A stretch of DNA of 64,000 bases from Octopus sinensis (taxonomy: Eukaryota): positions 2,666,001-2,730,000 of the forward strand of contig NC_043015.1 in assembly GCF_006345805.1 (NCBI RefSeq). Direction: 5' to 3'. Positions 25,830 to 39,769 of the stretch are shown here, one piece after another. The notes beneath the pieces are model-generated. The model ran no database searches. It worked only from the letters and a program-made list of their open reading frames with translations, and had not been told where the DNA came from. Position 1 is the stretch's first letter. Each line of letters starts with the position of its first letter. Both the position numbers and the translations under genes were made by a program.

Positions 25830-26366
25830 AGTGAAACCAAGTAGCAACACCAAATGGCGGTGCCCCAGCATGGCCACAGCTCATAAGCTGAAACTAGAAT
25901 CAATCAATCAATCAATCAATCAATGAGTGAAAGGATAGCAATTTGAAGAACGCAATAAATAGTTATGCCAGAAAAAAGTAAGATTATATTCCAAAAAATA
26001 GTTAAAAATAAAGAAAGCGGATAGAGCCAGGGACACAGGGCAAATGAGAGAGCGAACGAAAGCGAGAAACGAAACGAATGAAGCGGATATTGCGTGAATA
26101 TATGCGTTCCCATGAGAACGGAACTTTGTGTCTGAGTGTATAAGTCATTGACATGATAGCAGTTTCGGTGATAATACATTGATTTTATTATTTCAAATGT
26201 CAAATTACACCAAATTTAAGAAGAGTAAATAGGTTTGTTCTTTCCTTAATCGATGGAAGAAAGCTGTAAATAATCATTAGATACTATGGACGAGAAATAT
26301 ACAGCCATATTTATGCGTCTATTGAAAATGGGGAAGTCGGGTGTACGGGATTGCCTGAGGTTTCCC

Positions 26367-26407
26367 GACCATATAACGTTTCGCTTTTTCGCGTATCATC
26401 AGATCCC
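26367..26407 (-). ncRNA. hammerhead-core-like motif in a structured GC-richer island
   Basis: gggat-CTGATGA-tac-GC gaaaaa GC-GAAAC-gttatatg-GTC; the core is canonical but stem I does not pair directly after the cleavage site. Confidence 0.35.
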
Positions 26408-26992
26408 ACGAAGCTGTTTGCGTAAGCCCTTTTAAAAATATGTTGAAGAGGTCTTGATCCAACAGGTTTCGGGGATATGGCAATACGCCATAAAGCTAAA
26501 CACTTCATAGACGGAAAACGTAAAGTAATCTCGAGAACCGGCGTACCGCATTTTTAATATATACTGCTCTACATTTTAGAGTATGCTTCTTCTCACGGAT
26601 TAATGCTTTTTTATAAACGATGATATATATTACATACATACATATATACAAGCATATATATATATATGCATACATACATAGATGCATGTATATATATATG
26701 TATATATATATGTATATAAACATACATACATGTATATATACATATATATATATATATACATATATACATATATATATGTACTGTCTTATGTCCCTCCCCA
26801 CCACTACACATTCAATAACACTATAAAATGGTCAAAACGTTTTTCACAGGAACCTATTTCGATTTTTAAAATTCCACTAGAATGGGAGAAAACGCTAATA
26901 TATGATCTAAGTTATATGATGTATAAAACATGTAATATACAAATAAATATCTGTAAATATAAAACCATCCGAATTTCTGTGTACCTCCTATC

Positions 26993-27049
<57 letters not shown>

Positions 27050-29339
27050 TTATTTTGGGATTTGGTTTACAAGATTATTTACATGAGTTCGTGTGTTGAA
27101 GCATATTCTGTTGTGTCTGGGGAGAGTCATTTACTTTTTGTGTCTTATAATAATTATTACACATTTGTGATTTTACAAATAGGATCACATCATAAATTTC
27201 AGGACATCCTAATTTTCTAGAGTACACATACAAAGTTATATCCAACTGCAAATGTAATAATATTATCATTTTAAATCCTACTATATCGTACAAAAAATAA
27301 AGTAATTAGAATTAATAAAAAAATCATAAACACATTAAAATAGATATATATATACATATATATATATATAACTTACCAGTTATTAGTCTGTGGGGAGATA
27401 AGGTACTATTAACGCTACACCCGTTTCTGCGCTCGTTGTTTGATTTACCAGGCTAAACCTAATACATAAACTCACAAATGCGACATCAGGCTATTTTTGT
27501 AATATTATTATTATTAACAGATCCTATTTAATCATACAAATTTGTCTCTATCAATAATTGTTTGGTGTGTTCGTGTAATATACGTGTTCCATAAATTCAC
27601 ATAACGCAACTTATACTCATATCTATACTTGTATAAATATATATATATATACCCGGAATTGAAATTTTATGTTGAATTATCAAAGGATGAGATTGCACAA
27701 GTGATGAGGAATGTAGGATACAATATTTCAAAATAGCGCCCAAAGTAGAGGGAGTGCGTATTACGAATAATTTAGAAGAAAACTTGAAGCAAAGTGTTTT
27801 GTGGAAATATAAATTAATGACTTTTAGCATAGACATTGGGGAATATTTAAAATATTTATTGAAGAATATGTGAATAAAAAATGGATGTATGAGATACATA
27901 AACATACAACTAGTTAGATCTTGTTCTTGGGAAGGCATGCTTAGATATATGCACATACACGCACACTTAAATATATAACTAATACAAGAACGAAATGATA
28001 TTGGTGTGCGACAGAGGGGAAGAACATGTAGGAAACGTGAGAGATATCTAAGAGACAGTGGACTATAGTAATACATTATTGAAATGCACACTGTTAATGA
28101 AATGTGTATACAGTCGCAGTGATAGTAGACATTGAGATAACAGAGAAAGGGAGAGAGAGTAAGACAATAGAAGAGAACGACAGAGAATGAAAGTGGGAAC
28201 AATAAAACGGTTTTCTTGTTATAGTTGTTTGAATGTTGTTGCTCATTATTGGTAACTAAATAGGGATATATTGTAATCTATAGGGCATAATGATAGGTAG
28301 AGAGAGTAATAGAAAAGAGGTTACATATAAACAAAACGGGAATAAAGATAAAGAAGTAGATCATTCTTTATTGGTTGTCGCTTTGAGTCAACATCATAAA
28401 TGAAATATTGCTTTAGGTTAGCATCTAATGCTGGTGTAATTTGTTCAGTATAACTGGCTTACGAATAATTAGTCGATATGTTCTTCCAACGTCATATATG
28501 ACATAATGTACGCACAGCCACATACACACAGATACATGCACAGAAACACGCACGCAGACATATACGAACACGGGAGGATTCAACAGAAATTTATTAACCA
28601 CAAACATACAATAAATACTTCGCTGATGTTTGCAGAGCTGAAATGGGGCAATTTATGATTTTCAGGAATTTATATATGCACACACTAACCTACGCCCGAG
28701 CACAAATGCTTAGGCAAGTCCACACATACGATCACACATGCAGACGCTGAAGCATACACAATAGAAACACACACAGACACACACATGTATATTGTTTTCC
28801 TTTCGTTTTTCTTTCAATTTGTAACAAATTTCATCTAATATTAAAACCTACGATAGGATTACTTTGCGTAGTTATATTTTCTATAACATCAAATTATATA
28901 TATTTACAAATTTAATTTGAAATGAAGAGATATAATTTTTCTTAATTGTTTTTCATGTTCATCTTAAGATGGATATTATTGAAAATGAGAATATGTGCTT
29001 ATGAGAGGTTAGATATTAACTAAATCTGCTTCTTTTTTCTTTAACCCAGAACGTTTACGTATAAATTAATATTTGTATATGTAATAATCATATTATTTTA
29101 GAGTTAAAGGTAAAAGCTCCAAGAAATCTGTGATGTCTCTCTCTTTGAAATATATTTCATTAAATAGTATAACTATACTGGTATATGAGCAACCGAAAAA
29201 CCATAAAGTTCTTAATGTGATCTTACATATAAAGGATAATTTCGAAAACATAAAGTGTTTTTATCGTTTCGCATCATAAATCTTTAACATCAGTTTGACA
29301 ATCAGCATCGTCAATAACACTGCAATTTTGGTTACTATG

Positions 29340-30083
29340 TTTCTCTTAATGTTTGCAGTCATTAACATTTAATAATCATTATCATCATCATCACATTCAC
29401 CATCGCCACCACGACCGCCCTTGGCGTCATCTTACAACCATCATTATCATAATCAGTTTTATTTTTACCACCAGCCCCAAATTCATTCATATCATTACCG
29501 TTACCATCTTCGTCATCATCGTAATACTCATCATGATCATGATGATGATCATCATCATCTCCACACTCACCCACCATCACTGTCATCGTCGTCGCTGTCG
29601 TCGTCTTCATCATCATAATCATCATTATCATCGGAATCGTTGTCGTCATCGCCATGTTCGAAACCAATACCAAAATCAGTGCCATCTCATCTGATCGTCA
29701 CAATCAAAACCTTTCTCTTAATGTTTGCAGTCATTAACAATTTAATAATCATTATCATCATCATCACATTCACCATCGCCACCACGACCGCCCTTGGCGT
29801 CATCTTACAACCATCATTATCATAATCAGTTTTATTTTTACCACCAGCCCCAAACTCATTCATATCATTACCGTTACCATCTTCGTCATCATCGTAATAC
29901 TCATCATGATCATGATGATGATCATCATCATCTCCACACTCACCCACCATCACTGTCATCGTCGTCGCTGTCGTCGTCTTCATCATCATAATCATCATTA
30001 TCATCGGAATCGTTGTCGTCATCGCCATGTTCGAAACCAATACCAAAATCAGTGCCATCTCATCTGATCGTCACAATCAAAAC
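29340..30083 (+). repeat. near-perfect tandem duplication of a 372-373 bp (ATC)n-rich unit
   Basis: 29340-29711 versus 29712-30083 differ by about 1 indel and 1 substitution. Confidence 0.93.
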
Positions 30084-32071
30084 CAGCAACAGTAGAACAC
30101 ATAGTTACCACAGTCTAAGCCGATATCATCATCATCAACATCATCGATCACTACATATTCGTTACATGCCCAATCGTCATCATTATCAAGCATGCCGTTA
30201 TCATTATTAGCATTTAAATGTGACAGGAACCTTTAGACGTTTCTTGTGTTCGTTACTAATCATTTTACTACTTAAGGATTTGTAATGCACACGATCACTT
30301 ACAATGACTCAGTTTTTTTGTGAGTTTTAAGAAACAATAATAAAAGGATCATAGCCGATGACACACATCCAAATTAGTAAGGAAGAATTTCGTATTAATT
30401 GACATTTTTCGCATATGTGCTAATGTAATCCCATGAAGTTACACATGGCCTGTGTAACATAGTATTTGTTTAGATATGCTACTGAATGTTTTGTTTTGTT
30501 TATTCGTGACGTAGCGTGTAGAACACTGTGAGGCCTCTTGTGATTGAATTGAAATAATATAAATAAGATGTTTGAAATTACGTAAGCCGCCATATTATAT
30601 TTATAAAGTACATTTCTTTGCAAAAGCCTTATGCATTTTATAAATGCTGACACATATTCATGCTTTTTGAATGGAGTTCGGAAACATCTTGCCACTTGTT
30701 CAATGTAGCGACTTATAACGGTAATAATATATTCAGTTCTACATCTAGCACTTGTTGCTGGAGTCACCCTAGGATTTACTAATTAGATTTTGTTCTAGGT
30801 CAAACCCGGACCCTCATGAATGAAGAAACTAAATATTCACCAGATGCTACTAAACAGTAACAGATATCAATAAAAGTAAATGATGTTTTCAGAAGAACAG
30901 CAAACAGCTGTGCTGAGAGAGAGTGACACAAAAGTAAGTGGGCAAGATATTTCGAAAACAATCTGCGTACGCAACACATCAACAAGCCAGAATATTGGTA
31001 TTTATTGGACATAAAGAAGTGAAGAAAATACATATTAAACAAATAAAGTCATCAGGCAGCCAAGCAAACTGTACACTGGACTTATGCCAAACCAACACCA
31101 AAACGTTTGATAAACAAATGGCGTACTGAGGCAGTATGCCAACCAAAGCACTAGGCCACAAATGGGCAAATACAAGTGAGGCTTTTTAAATAATAAACAC
31201 TCACGTATTCAACATAGAAGTTATAACTTATTGATCAAAAAACAATATTAGCATCGAAAACCTCAAGTTCCTACCACTACAATCAAGGACCAACATTTCA
31301 GTTTCGAATACCATGGTTGTAACATGTTCCTCTCTCACTAATTTTTTAAGCATCATCGTATCTATTGCATTCACACTCATATGATATTGTTATGAAACAC
31401 ACCAAAATTATCATGAAGCTTACTCCTTCCTATTTCTGACAAGTTGACTAAAAAATTGCATTTGTTTCAACAATTAATTTTTCAGCATGTTTTAGCAAAT
31501 TCTATTATGCGCATTCACTTTCTTTTAAACCTTGATTGTTATTTCGTTTAAAATTACCCCACTCCCATACACATAGGCACACACACACACACAAACACAC
31601 TCACGTATACGCAAAATATTATAATATTTCAATTAATTTGTAACAAAAAATTAAAAACTACTATCCGGTTTTCAACTCTCAGACACATTTTCTTTATGTG
31701 TGTGTACATGTGTATGTATGCATCTGTGTGTGCGCGTATATCTATGTATGTGCGTGAGTAATATTGAACATTTTTAAGCTTCATTATTTTCCTCAACCAA
31801 TTTAGCTCATCATTGCTAGAAACGGAAGACGTGTGTCAATGTGCATAGACCTATATTTTTATGGAAGTTACTCAAACTATTATATATGGATGATCGGCGT
31901 TAAGCCGCGCAAAATATTTCTCTGGACCCCCAAATAAAACAGTCGCAAAAGTAATACTGGAGAAACACCCAAGAACAGTGGTGATCTCCCAATTTCATTT
32001 CAATAAAACCTTCGCCTCTAAAATATCCTTCACTAAGTAAGGTGTACGAGCGGCTATGTTTGAAATCATTA

Positions 32072-32580
32072 TCTATTATATAAAATCAGTTCTATGTGTG
32101 TGTGTGTGTCTTCTAGCATCTCGAGCATCCTTCATCCGATTGCGCTCAAATTTGATATGTAGATACCGACTGTATCAGGGCGTGTAGAAATCTTGCAAAA
32201 ATTACAAAAATCGATTCTGAGTGACAATGCGATCGATAAGACGTTTTTGTCCTGCTTTTCTTCCGTCAACCTGTACGTAACTGCTCCTTCTATTTTTTTG
32301 TTGTTTTAGTACTGCTTAAAGGCACGTTTCTTTCCTACCAAGCTTACTGTTTAAACCATGTTTGTATTCTCCCAGTCAATAGCCTTATCATCACTGGTAC
32401 TTTAAACTCTTCGGTTGCATATTTCTGTGAATAAAATCGTTTTACTTTGGAATAGAAATTAGGTTAAATCAGTGTTTATGAAAAGGGTGGCCTATGGGAC
32501 GGTCGGACAAGTTGTTTTGAGAAAGTTTGGTCTAAATGTTTGACAACTCAGCCCCGTTCATTGGACGAGGTGGGGTGGCG
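32072..32580 (+). mobile_element. possible non-autonomous Helitron-type element
   Basis: Begins A|TCTATTATATAAAA, followed by (TG)n and ccgattgcgctcaaattt, as in invertebrate non-autonomous Helitrons. Only an imperfect 3' hairpin and no clear CTRR end. Confidence 0.4.
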
Positions 32581-33984
32581 TATTCTTCGTCTCAATATAT
32601 GTTCAAGTCAATGTGACATAAAAGTGAGCCAATAATCTTATCACAAATAATCAAGTCTGTCCTGAGATTATTACTCAATTTTTGTCAAATATGATATACC
32701 ACATTAACTTTCACTAATGCCATTGAAAATGAAATATGAATCACAAAACTCATTTTGAACAAACATCATTGATATATATATATATATTTGTCTGTGATGT
32801 GAAATTAATAGTGTTGACTTTTAGTTTTGATGTTTACAATAAACTCTTCCTTAATATGAGAAACGATAATGTAAAATTATTGTGTAGTTTCAGAATGATA
32901 TATGTGAATTAACGTACAATTAATAGCTTGCTAAAAAGAATGGTTGGGAAGTCGTCAATAGAAATTCTGGAATGTTTGAATTAGATAAGAGGTCGTTTCA
33001 ATGTCGTTTTATTGATCATTTTATCTGTTATTTGTAATTTCGATTGATATATGAGGAAGATTAATACACATCATTCTATTTCACTATACTTGTGAACGTA
33101 TATGACTTCGAAGAGTATGAAATAAAGAACATTTTAAAGGTTCGGTCGTATCTTCTGATATGTGGCAAGGAACTTCTGCCTCTATAAATCCACTATACCA
33201 TAGGCCTTTAGTAAAGTCTTCGAGGCTCTATACCTTACAGTTAATTGATGACCTTGACGTCGTAATTTTGGTATATTTCTCTGCGATGTAGGTTAGAGCG
33301 TTTCCTTCCAACAATGCTCTGAGAAATGAGCATAATATGCGCAGGCTAGATATGAAATTAAGTGTATCCTTCTACAACTAATAGAACGATATCAAATATG
33401 GAAATTCAGCACGATTTCTAAATTATATTGCAAATGATAGAAATGGTTGTAAAATAACATGGAATTATTGGAGGAAAGGATGCGTATCTAGAGGTATTCC
33501 ATGTCCGTTGAGTATTTAGTTGTGAAATTATATACATGAGAAAGTAGTAAATGACAATTATTATAATAATTTCAATTCCGGGCAAATTTTTACATGTACA
33601 TCGTATATCTCTAACATAGATTATCATTCACGTCAAAGTGACAACTGAAGTCACCAACCTTGTCATGATGTCGATTGTTTCCGCGATATGTGGCATGTCA
33701 TCAGTTTGAATATGTACGTGAAATTTAAAGACATTGAGCTGAATACACACACAACACACAGACGTACGTATGTACGTGCATATAATATATGTACATATAT
33801 ACGTTTATACATATACACACACACACATGCATACTATTTATAATAACGAAAAAATTCTTCACAAAATTTGTATATATATATATAAGGGATTACCTCGTGT
33901 GCATATATATATATACACGAGATAATCCATTATACAGATTGCCCTTATACTCTATTGTGTATTTGCACTAAGTTTTAACGTTAC

Positions 33985-34460
33985 AGCACAACTCCGATGT
34001 TTGCAAGGAAGATGTGTAGCGTGTGACCGTCGCATTGCCATGACAGAGAAAGTCGTCATTGCGATACCTGATTAGAGGCCTATACACAATTGCAGAAAGT
34101 GTATGGGGGAAGAGTGTATAAGGGAAATACATGTGTACGAGTGGTTCAAGACGTTTCCAAGATGGCCGAAAAAATGTCGATATTGATGAATGTTGTAGGA
34201 GACCTGCAACCGGCAAAACTGAGAGGAAATATCACTGAAGTGCGTGCAGCTGTGTGGAGATATCGTTAAATCACCATCCGTGAGATATCAGAGAATGTGC
34301 ATATAAGTTAAGGTTCAGTTCCGTCCATTATCACTAACGATTTGGGCTTCAGACGCGTGTCTACAATGCTGGTGCCAAAATTGTTTTCATCTGACCGAAA
34401 AGACGCTCAGGTTTCAATTGCACAAGATCTCCTTGATAGACAGGATGAAAATTGTTTGGA
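33985..34460 (+). mobile_element. mariner transposase N-terminal remnant
   Basis: Mosaic translation EAYTQLQKVYGEEC..VYEWFKTFQDGRKNV...ITIREISENV...LGFRRVS..LVPKL (HTH region and WVPK-like motif); frameshifted. Confidence 0.85.
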
Positions 34461-34697
34461 AACTTAGTATGTATCGCCAAGGTTTGGGGAAAATATAATG
34501 ACAATTCACTGCCCAGCTTTCTGGTCATGGTCTATGCATCTGGAAATAAGCCAGAACGAGGAAACATAAGGCACATGCACATCGGGCTTCAAGGTCAATT
34601 TGTGCCAAGGGCCTTCATTAATCTCTGTAATTTTAGCTTTGTTATTATAGTCAAAGCGTAGCTACTTATATCTATCAATAAATATATAAATAAATAA

Positions 34698-34763
<66 letters not shown>

Positions 34764-34782
34764 TGTGTGTGTGAGTGTGTGT

Positions 34783-34989
34783 GGAGGCGCATGGCTTAGT
34801 TCTTAGGATGTCATTATCATGATCGTAAGTTTGTGGTTTCGATTCCAGGACCGGGCGACACGTTCCACTCAGCTGGCAAAAATGAGTAACGCTGCGATGG
34901 ACTGGCGTCCCGTCCAGCTGGGGAACTCATACGTCATAGAAACCTGGAGACCGGGCCCATGAACCTGGCTAGGCTTTAAAAGGGTGCAT
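34783..34989 (+). mobile_element. tRNA-derived SINE, family B (internally deleted)
   Basis: tRNA-like head ggcgcatggcttagt..gtttcgattcc; ccactcagctggcaaaaatgagta is shared with the copy at 57643. Confidence 0.8.
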
Positions 34990-35609
34990 TTACTATTTTT
35001 ATTATATATATAATTACCAATCATAATGCGGAAGAAAAGTTTTGTAAAACGGCAAAAAATATCGTTTAAACGCATTCAAAGTGGGAGACAGTATTTGTGT
35101 GCATGTTGTTATGCACATAACGTTTTAATTAGCACTGCAAACAAATTGTCATGCACATCAGAAGTTCGTACTTTTTGTCTCGCTTCTTACTTGTCGCTTT
35201 TTAATAACTTACATCTTGGTACATATATTTGCTAATACTGACGACGTGTTATCTTCACTCCCCACTTCTGATTTTAATTTCAGCGTACCTCATTTCTTTC
35301 TAACGCTTTTATTCTCTTTTCACTTTCGTCTTATCTCTTTGGTTTTAATTTCTTACCTCAGTTCTTTCTTTCTTTCATTATTATCGTTACTTCCATTTCT
35401 TTGTATTATTTTTTTTCTTTTCTTTGACGGATATTTTGTCTCTATGTTTACGTACGTTTTTCTTCTACAACGTTTTAAAATTTAATTTCCAATTTTACTT
35501 CAAAGTTTTGGTTTTCTAAAAAGTACCTACTTTACTCTTCTATTCTATTACTTTTAAGATTTGTAATTCCCATATGTAAACAAAGTCTATTATATTTTTC
35601 TTTTTCTGT

Positions 35610-36423
35610 ATTTTATTAGAGTAGTTCAACAGACCATTGATTACAATCACAGAAAGTTCATGAGGTCAATTGCAAAAGATCTTCATGTCTCACAAGTAAC
35701 AATCAGATATATTTTTCACAAAGTCATCAGATATAAGTCTTATATGATGAGGAAAGGTCAATTTATCAGCAAAAGTAAAAGGAAAAAAATCACATTACAT
35801 CTAAAATGTTGTTAAACAACCTGAATTATCCAGCAGAAGATTTGATTTGCATTTTCTCAAACTGCGACCAAGATGAAAGAGTTACCAGAAAAAATGACAG
35901 CTGCTTATGTGCAGACCCTTCTGAAGTTCAAAGTGTTATGCATATACAATTTCCTGTCATAATTTTAGGGGTTGTCAAAAATGAAGGACATGTTATTCTT
36001 CATTTCTTCTTTCAACAAGGCATTAGATTTACCTCCACCGCCTATATTGATGTCCTGGAAATAATTGTTAAGTCCTGGATAGACAGTGTATACAATGGAA
36101 GATCATATGTGTTTAGTAAGACTCTGCCCTATCACACAATCCTCAAGTAACACGGGAATGTTGGCTGAAAATATTTATGATCACATAATCCCTAACATTT
36201 CCATTCTTAATTCCCCAGTTCTCAATACATTAGACGATTACATGTGGAGCGTTGCTGAGAGAGAGGGCAATGATTACGCCCATAACACGAAAGATTCTTT
36301 GAAATTTGGCATGTGTCGTAGTAATATCCCAAATGAACCAGGGCCACTTGATTCGAACATGTAGATGACTTAGAGCTCATATAGTAGCTGTTAATGAAGC
36401 TGACGGAGGCTTTATTGAATAAC
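35610..36423 (+). mobile_element. maT (DD37D) Tc1/mariner transposase remnant
   Basis: MRSIAKDLHVS, GVVKNEG, (Q)DSA...NTLD with 37 residues between the 2nd and 3rd Asp after correcting one frameshift. Confidence 0.85.
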
Positions 36424-37795
36424 ACTCTAGAAAAGAAGTTAATTTTTATCCTCACAACAAATTCTGATAAAGTTATAATCGGTTATCATGTATCCGTTTA
36501 TTATAAACATAAATGTACTCGAATGTCTTACGCACCGTATATATATATATATATATATATACACAAATATATTATCCTGTGTTATAGAAAGTTAATAGGG
36601 TAATACCGTTAGTTAGAAACTAAGGAATTGGTATACGCAAAACTGCAATACTTTGGGGAGAGATGGAAAACGAGATAAAGAGGATGATCGAAACCTTTAC
36701 TCTCCACTTCAAAATAGCGAGATGAGGCCTCTTCCTTAGACTATCTCTCTCTCTCTCTATCACTCTCTCTCACACACACACACACAGACAACACAATGGA
36801 CAGATTTTAGAACTAATGCCCAACCAGTGCAAGGCAGCTAACGGACACTCAACAAATTATTTTGTTGCTTTTAATGCACCCAGATTTACAGATCATCCAC
36901 CTTTCAGAAGTTCAAAATTGTCAAGTTATTAACCATTCAAACTAATGAGGCATTTCATAGTAAACAGAAACAAAAAAAAATTCTTCATCACTTAATAAAA
37001 CGTTGCACCCAAATGCACTCAAATAACAAAGAATCGCAAAATAGCAGTGGGATTTATTACTATACATTATCATTCAAGCCATTTTATTCGAAACTAATTG
37101 ACCATTTCAGTCCTTCTTATGTCGTTGACGTTATGGATGATACATCCGGTGGAGACCTAATGTTAAACCATGCGAAGTAGAAAGTGATTAAGTACATAAA
37201 TGCAGTTGGAATCTGTTCTGTATTAATTCAAGAAGAAGGGGTATTTAGACTCATCGCAAAGGAGAACACTTAAGCTAGTATGTGAATACGCATAAACATC
37301 TTAGCAAACTGAATAGGACTAATGTTTCCAATATTTTACTCCATGACGGGTTCTAGTTCAGTGGATGTGTGCAAAAAGTAAAATATTTTACATTTTGAAA
37401 GAAATCATTTATCGCCATGTTTAATAACTTGAACTTGTAGGCCATAAGCAACTGGAATCCTAAATAACGTTACTCTGAAACGCGAATTTTTTAAATTTAG
37501 ATTTGATATTGTCGGTTTTTTTATAGTTACATTTTTGAATATATCGTATTTGATGTTTTTCGAATTCCGCAGGGCACATACATAGTTTTATAATTCCTTG
37601 CCTTAATTCCCCGAGCGCAAGGCAAGTTTGATTTAGATGTATTTAATGCAAAATTGATTTTAGAAAAATTGAAAATGCAGTGTGAAGGAACTATCAATTG
37701 TACCTAAATGAAATCCTTTAGCCTATTGATGTAATATCGGAAGTCGATCTTCAAATAATCAGATTTCGCGTCTTCGATATTAGCTGCGAACTTAC

Positions 37796-37863
37796 CTTAA
37801 AGTTGTCAAGTATCAGAAAATAAGTTAACGCTTGTGGTACGTGCGCGTAAGTGAAAACATGGT
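37796..37863 (-). CDS. candidate internal exon (68 nt, phase 1 to 0)
   Basis: Acceptor acttttcag and strong donor AAG|GTAAGT; single open frame HVFTYAHVPQALTYFLILDNFK. Confidence 0.35.
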
Positions 37864-39379
37864 CTGAAAAGTTGTTTTTCGATGACCATAAGAATATACC
37901 TTATCAGCATATATTTAGCTGACTCGGGAATCAGCCAAGTGAAAATCATATAGATAATGAAAAGCCAGCAAAGTTTATGTATTCTTTTCTATGAGGCAAT
38001 TCGTCAGCAGCAGCAGGCCTCCAAAACATGTTGAATGTCTGGGGAGATATAATAAGAATTATTAATATAATACTGAAGACATCCATATAAAGGGGTTATG
38101 AAATGACTGACATTACGCTAGGATCTATCGAATACTTTAGTATCACGACGCAATCGAATAAAAAATTCCTCCGCAAACAAAATACTTTCAGATGTTTTTC
38201 ATTAAAGAAAATGAAGAAAAAAAAAATCGAAAATTATAGTTTCAATTGAACTGACAAATTTAAATATGAGTGATGAAGAATTCACTGCGATCGAGTGCCA
38301 TCATATATTTGGTGTGAATAATGCGAATCCAACAATCAACTTTTGAAAAAGCTCTCCAATTGTTGATCAAAGGAAAGAGGTGAGATTCTGTGTTGTTATA
38401 TGGATACACAAAAAGAATACATAAACACACATATACAAACACACACACACAAAAGCGTACATACATATAAACACACATATATGTGCAAACCTATATGTTT
38501 GTTGTGCGTGCGTGATTGCGTATGTGTCTAGAGATAGATAGACAGACAGTCAGAAAATTACGACAACAGGCTGCAGATATATAGCAAATCCCTAGACATT
38601 GTTACAAAAAAGTTTTACCGTCAATTCAAACAATAGGTCGTAGTCAACTAAATCATAAGTATTAGGATGACAGATGTGAGAAAAGGAAAGAGATTGAGAG
38701 AGAGGGTAGAGAGAAAGAAAGAAGAATTGTAATGATATTGTATTACATTTCATCAGTTTCTTATAAATCAAATATTTCACCAACAGACGGTCAGCTTGTT
38801 GAGAAAAGGCTTTTTCTTGGAGTTGCAATTTCGGACATCCATTATTTAAGCAATCTGAAAAACTGCATTCTTCTGCTAGCGCTCATGTCTTTACTACTAT
38901 AATTTTTTCAGAAGGCAAGCCAATTTCAGGAAAGTGGATGGTGACATCAAACCATGTTATTATTTCATAGAACTTTATTTTCTCGACACTGAGATGCTGA
39001 AAAGCAAACTTACTTATGGGGATGTTGGGCTTAGAAAATATAAGAGATAAAAGAAATACGCTTTGAAGTACAAAGTTACATGTCACATGAACAATATATG
39101 GGCAGGGAGCAAAGAAAGGAACAAAAATGTGTGTAAGGGTGAGTGATAAGGATAAAAGGAAGAACATCAGAGGATGGCATATGAAATAACATGAACATAT
39201 AGAGAAAGTATAGGTAAACATGCGTTTATGCAGCACTACCCGTGATAAAAATAGCCTTCAAAAGTCCATGTGCAATTATGGTAGACCAATCAGCAGCGAA
39301 TACTTAGTATGGACCCAAATACTGCAGTTGCCACTGCACATGACGCCACTGTCCTGGCTTACTACTACTACTACTACTA

Positions 39380-39438
<59 letters not shown>

Positions 39439-39462
39439 ATACGACTAATAATAAAATGATAA

Positions 39463-39541
<79 letters not shown>

Positions 39542-39544
39542 CGA

Positions 39545-39720
39545 TTTCGCTGATGCAGTACGAGGCAGTGGCTGTCATGGCTTCTGTCTTAACTGATTGG
39601 AAGTTTCACCCTGTAAAATGTACGGTCTTGGTATAAAAGAGTGAAATATTCTGCTAAATACCACAGATTTGCTAATCAGTTACTTGATCTGAACCAGATG
39701 AACATGTCCCTTAGTGGTGA
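39545..39720 (+). mobile_element. SINE-like 'family D' copy
   Basis: Homologous to 2595-2885 (-); follows the (ACT)n/(AAT)n array at 39360-39540. Confidence 0.6.
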
Positions 39721-39769
39721 TGACACAAGTCGAACGGGATCTATATACATTGGAAGCTACAACAAAAGA

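Larger units (their letters stand above)
22329..25924 (+). mobile_element. CR1/L2-group non-LTR retrotransposon, 5'-truncated, one frameshift
   Basis: Abrupt GC rise at about 22329; ORF1, APE and RT domains; 3' UTR hairpin; (AATC)n tail at 25898-25924. Confidence 0.95.

Noticed and set aside
22347-25903. Short antisense and alternative-frame ORFs inside the LINE
   Set aside because: Shadows of the GC-richer ORF1/ORF2 coding sequence.
27597-28202. 201-aa minus-strand ORF
   Set aside because: Hydrophobic low-complexity translation of AG/AT-rich sequence; no motif or splice support.
29353-30210. His/Asp/Met-rich ORFs resembling metal-binding proteins
   Set aside because: They derive from degenerate (ATC)n repeats and are open on both strands.
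33670-33710. CTGATGA...GAAAC on the minus strand (similar partial hits at about 11260, 54452 and 55100)
   Set aside because: No compatible stem II/III or NUH triplet; expected by chance.
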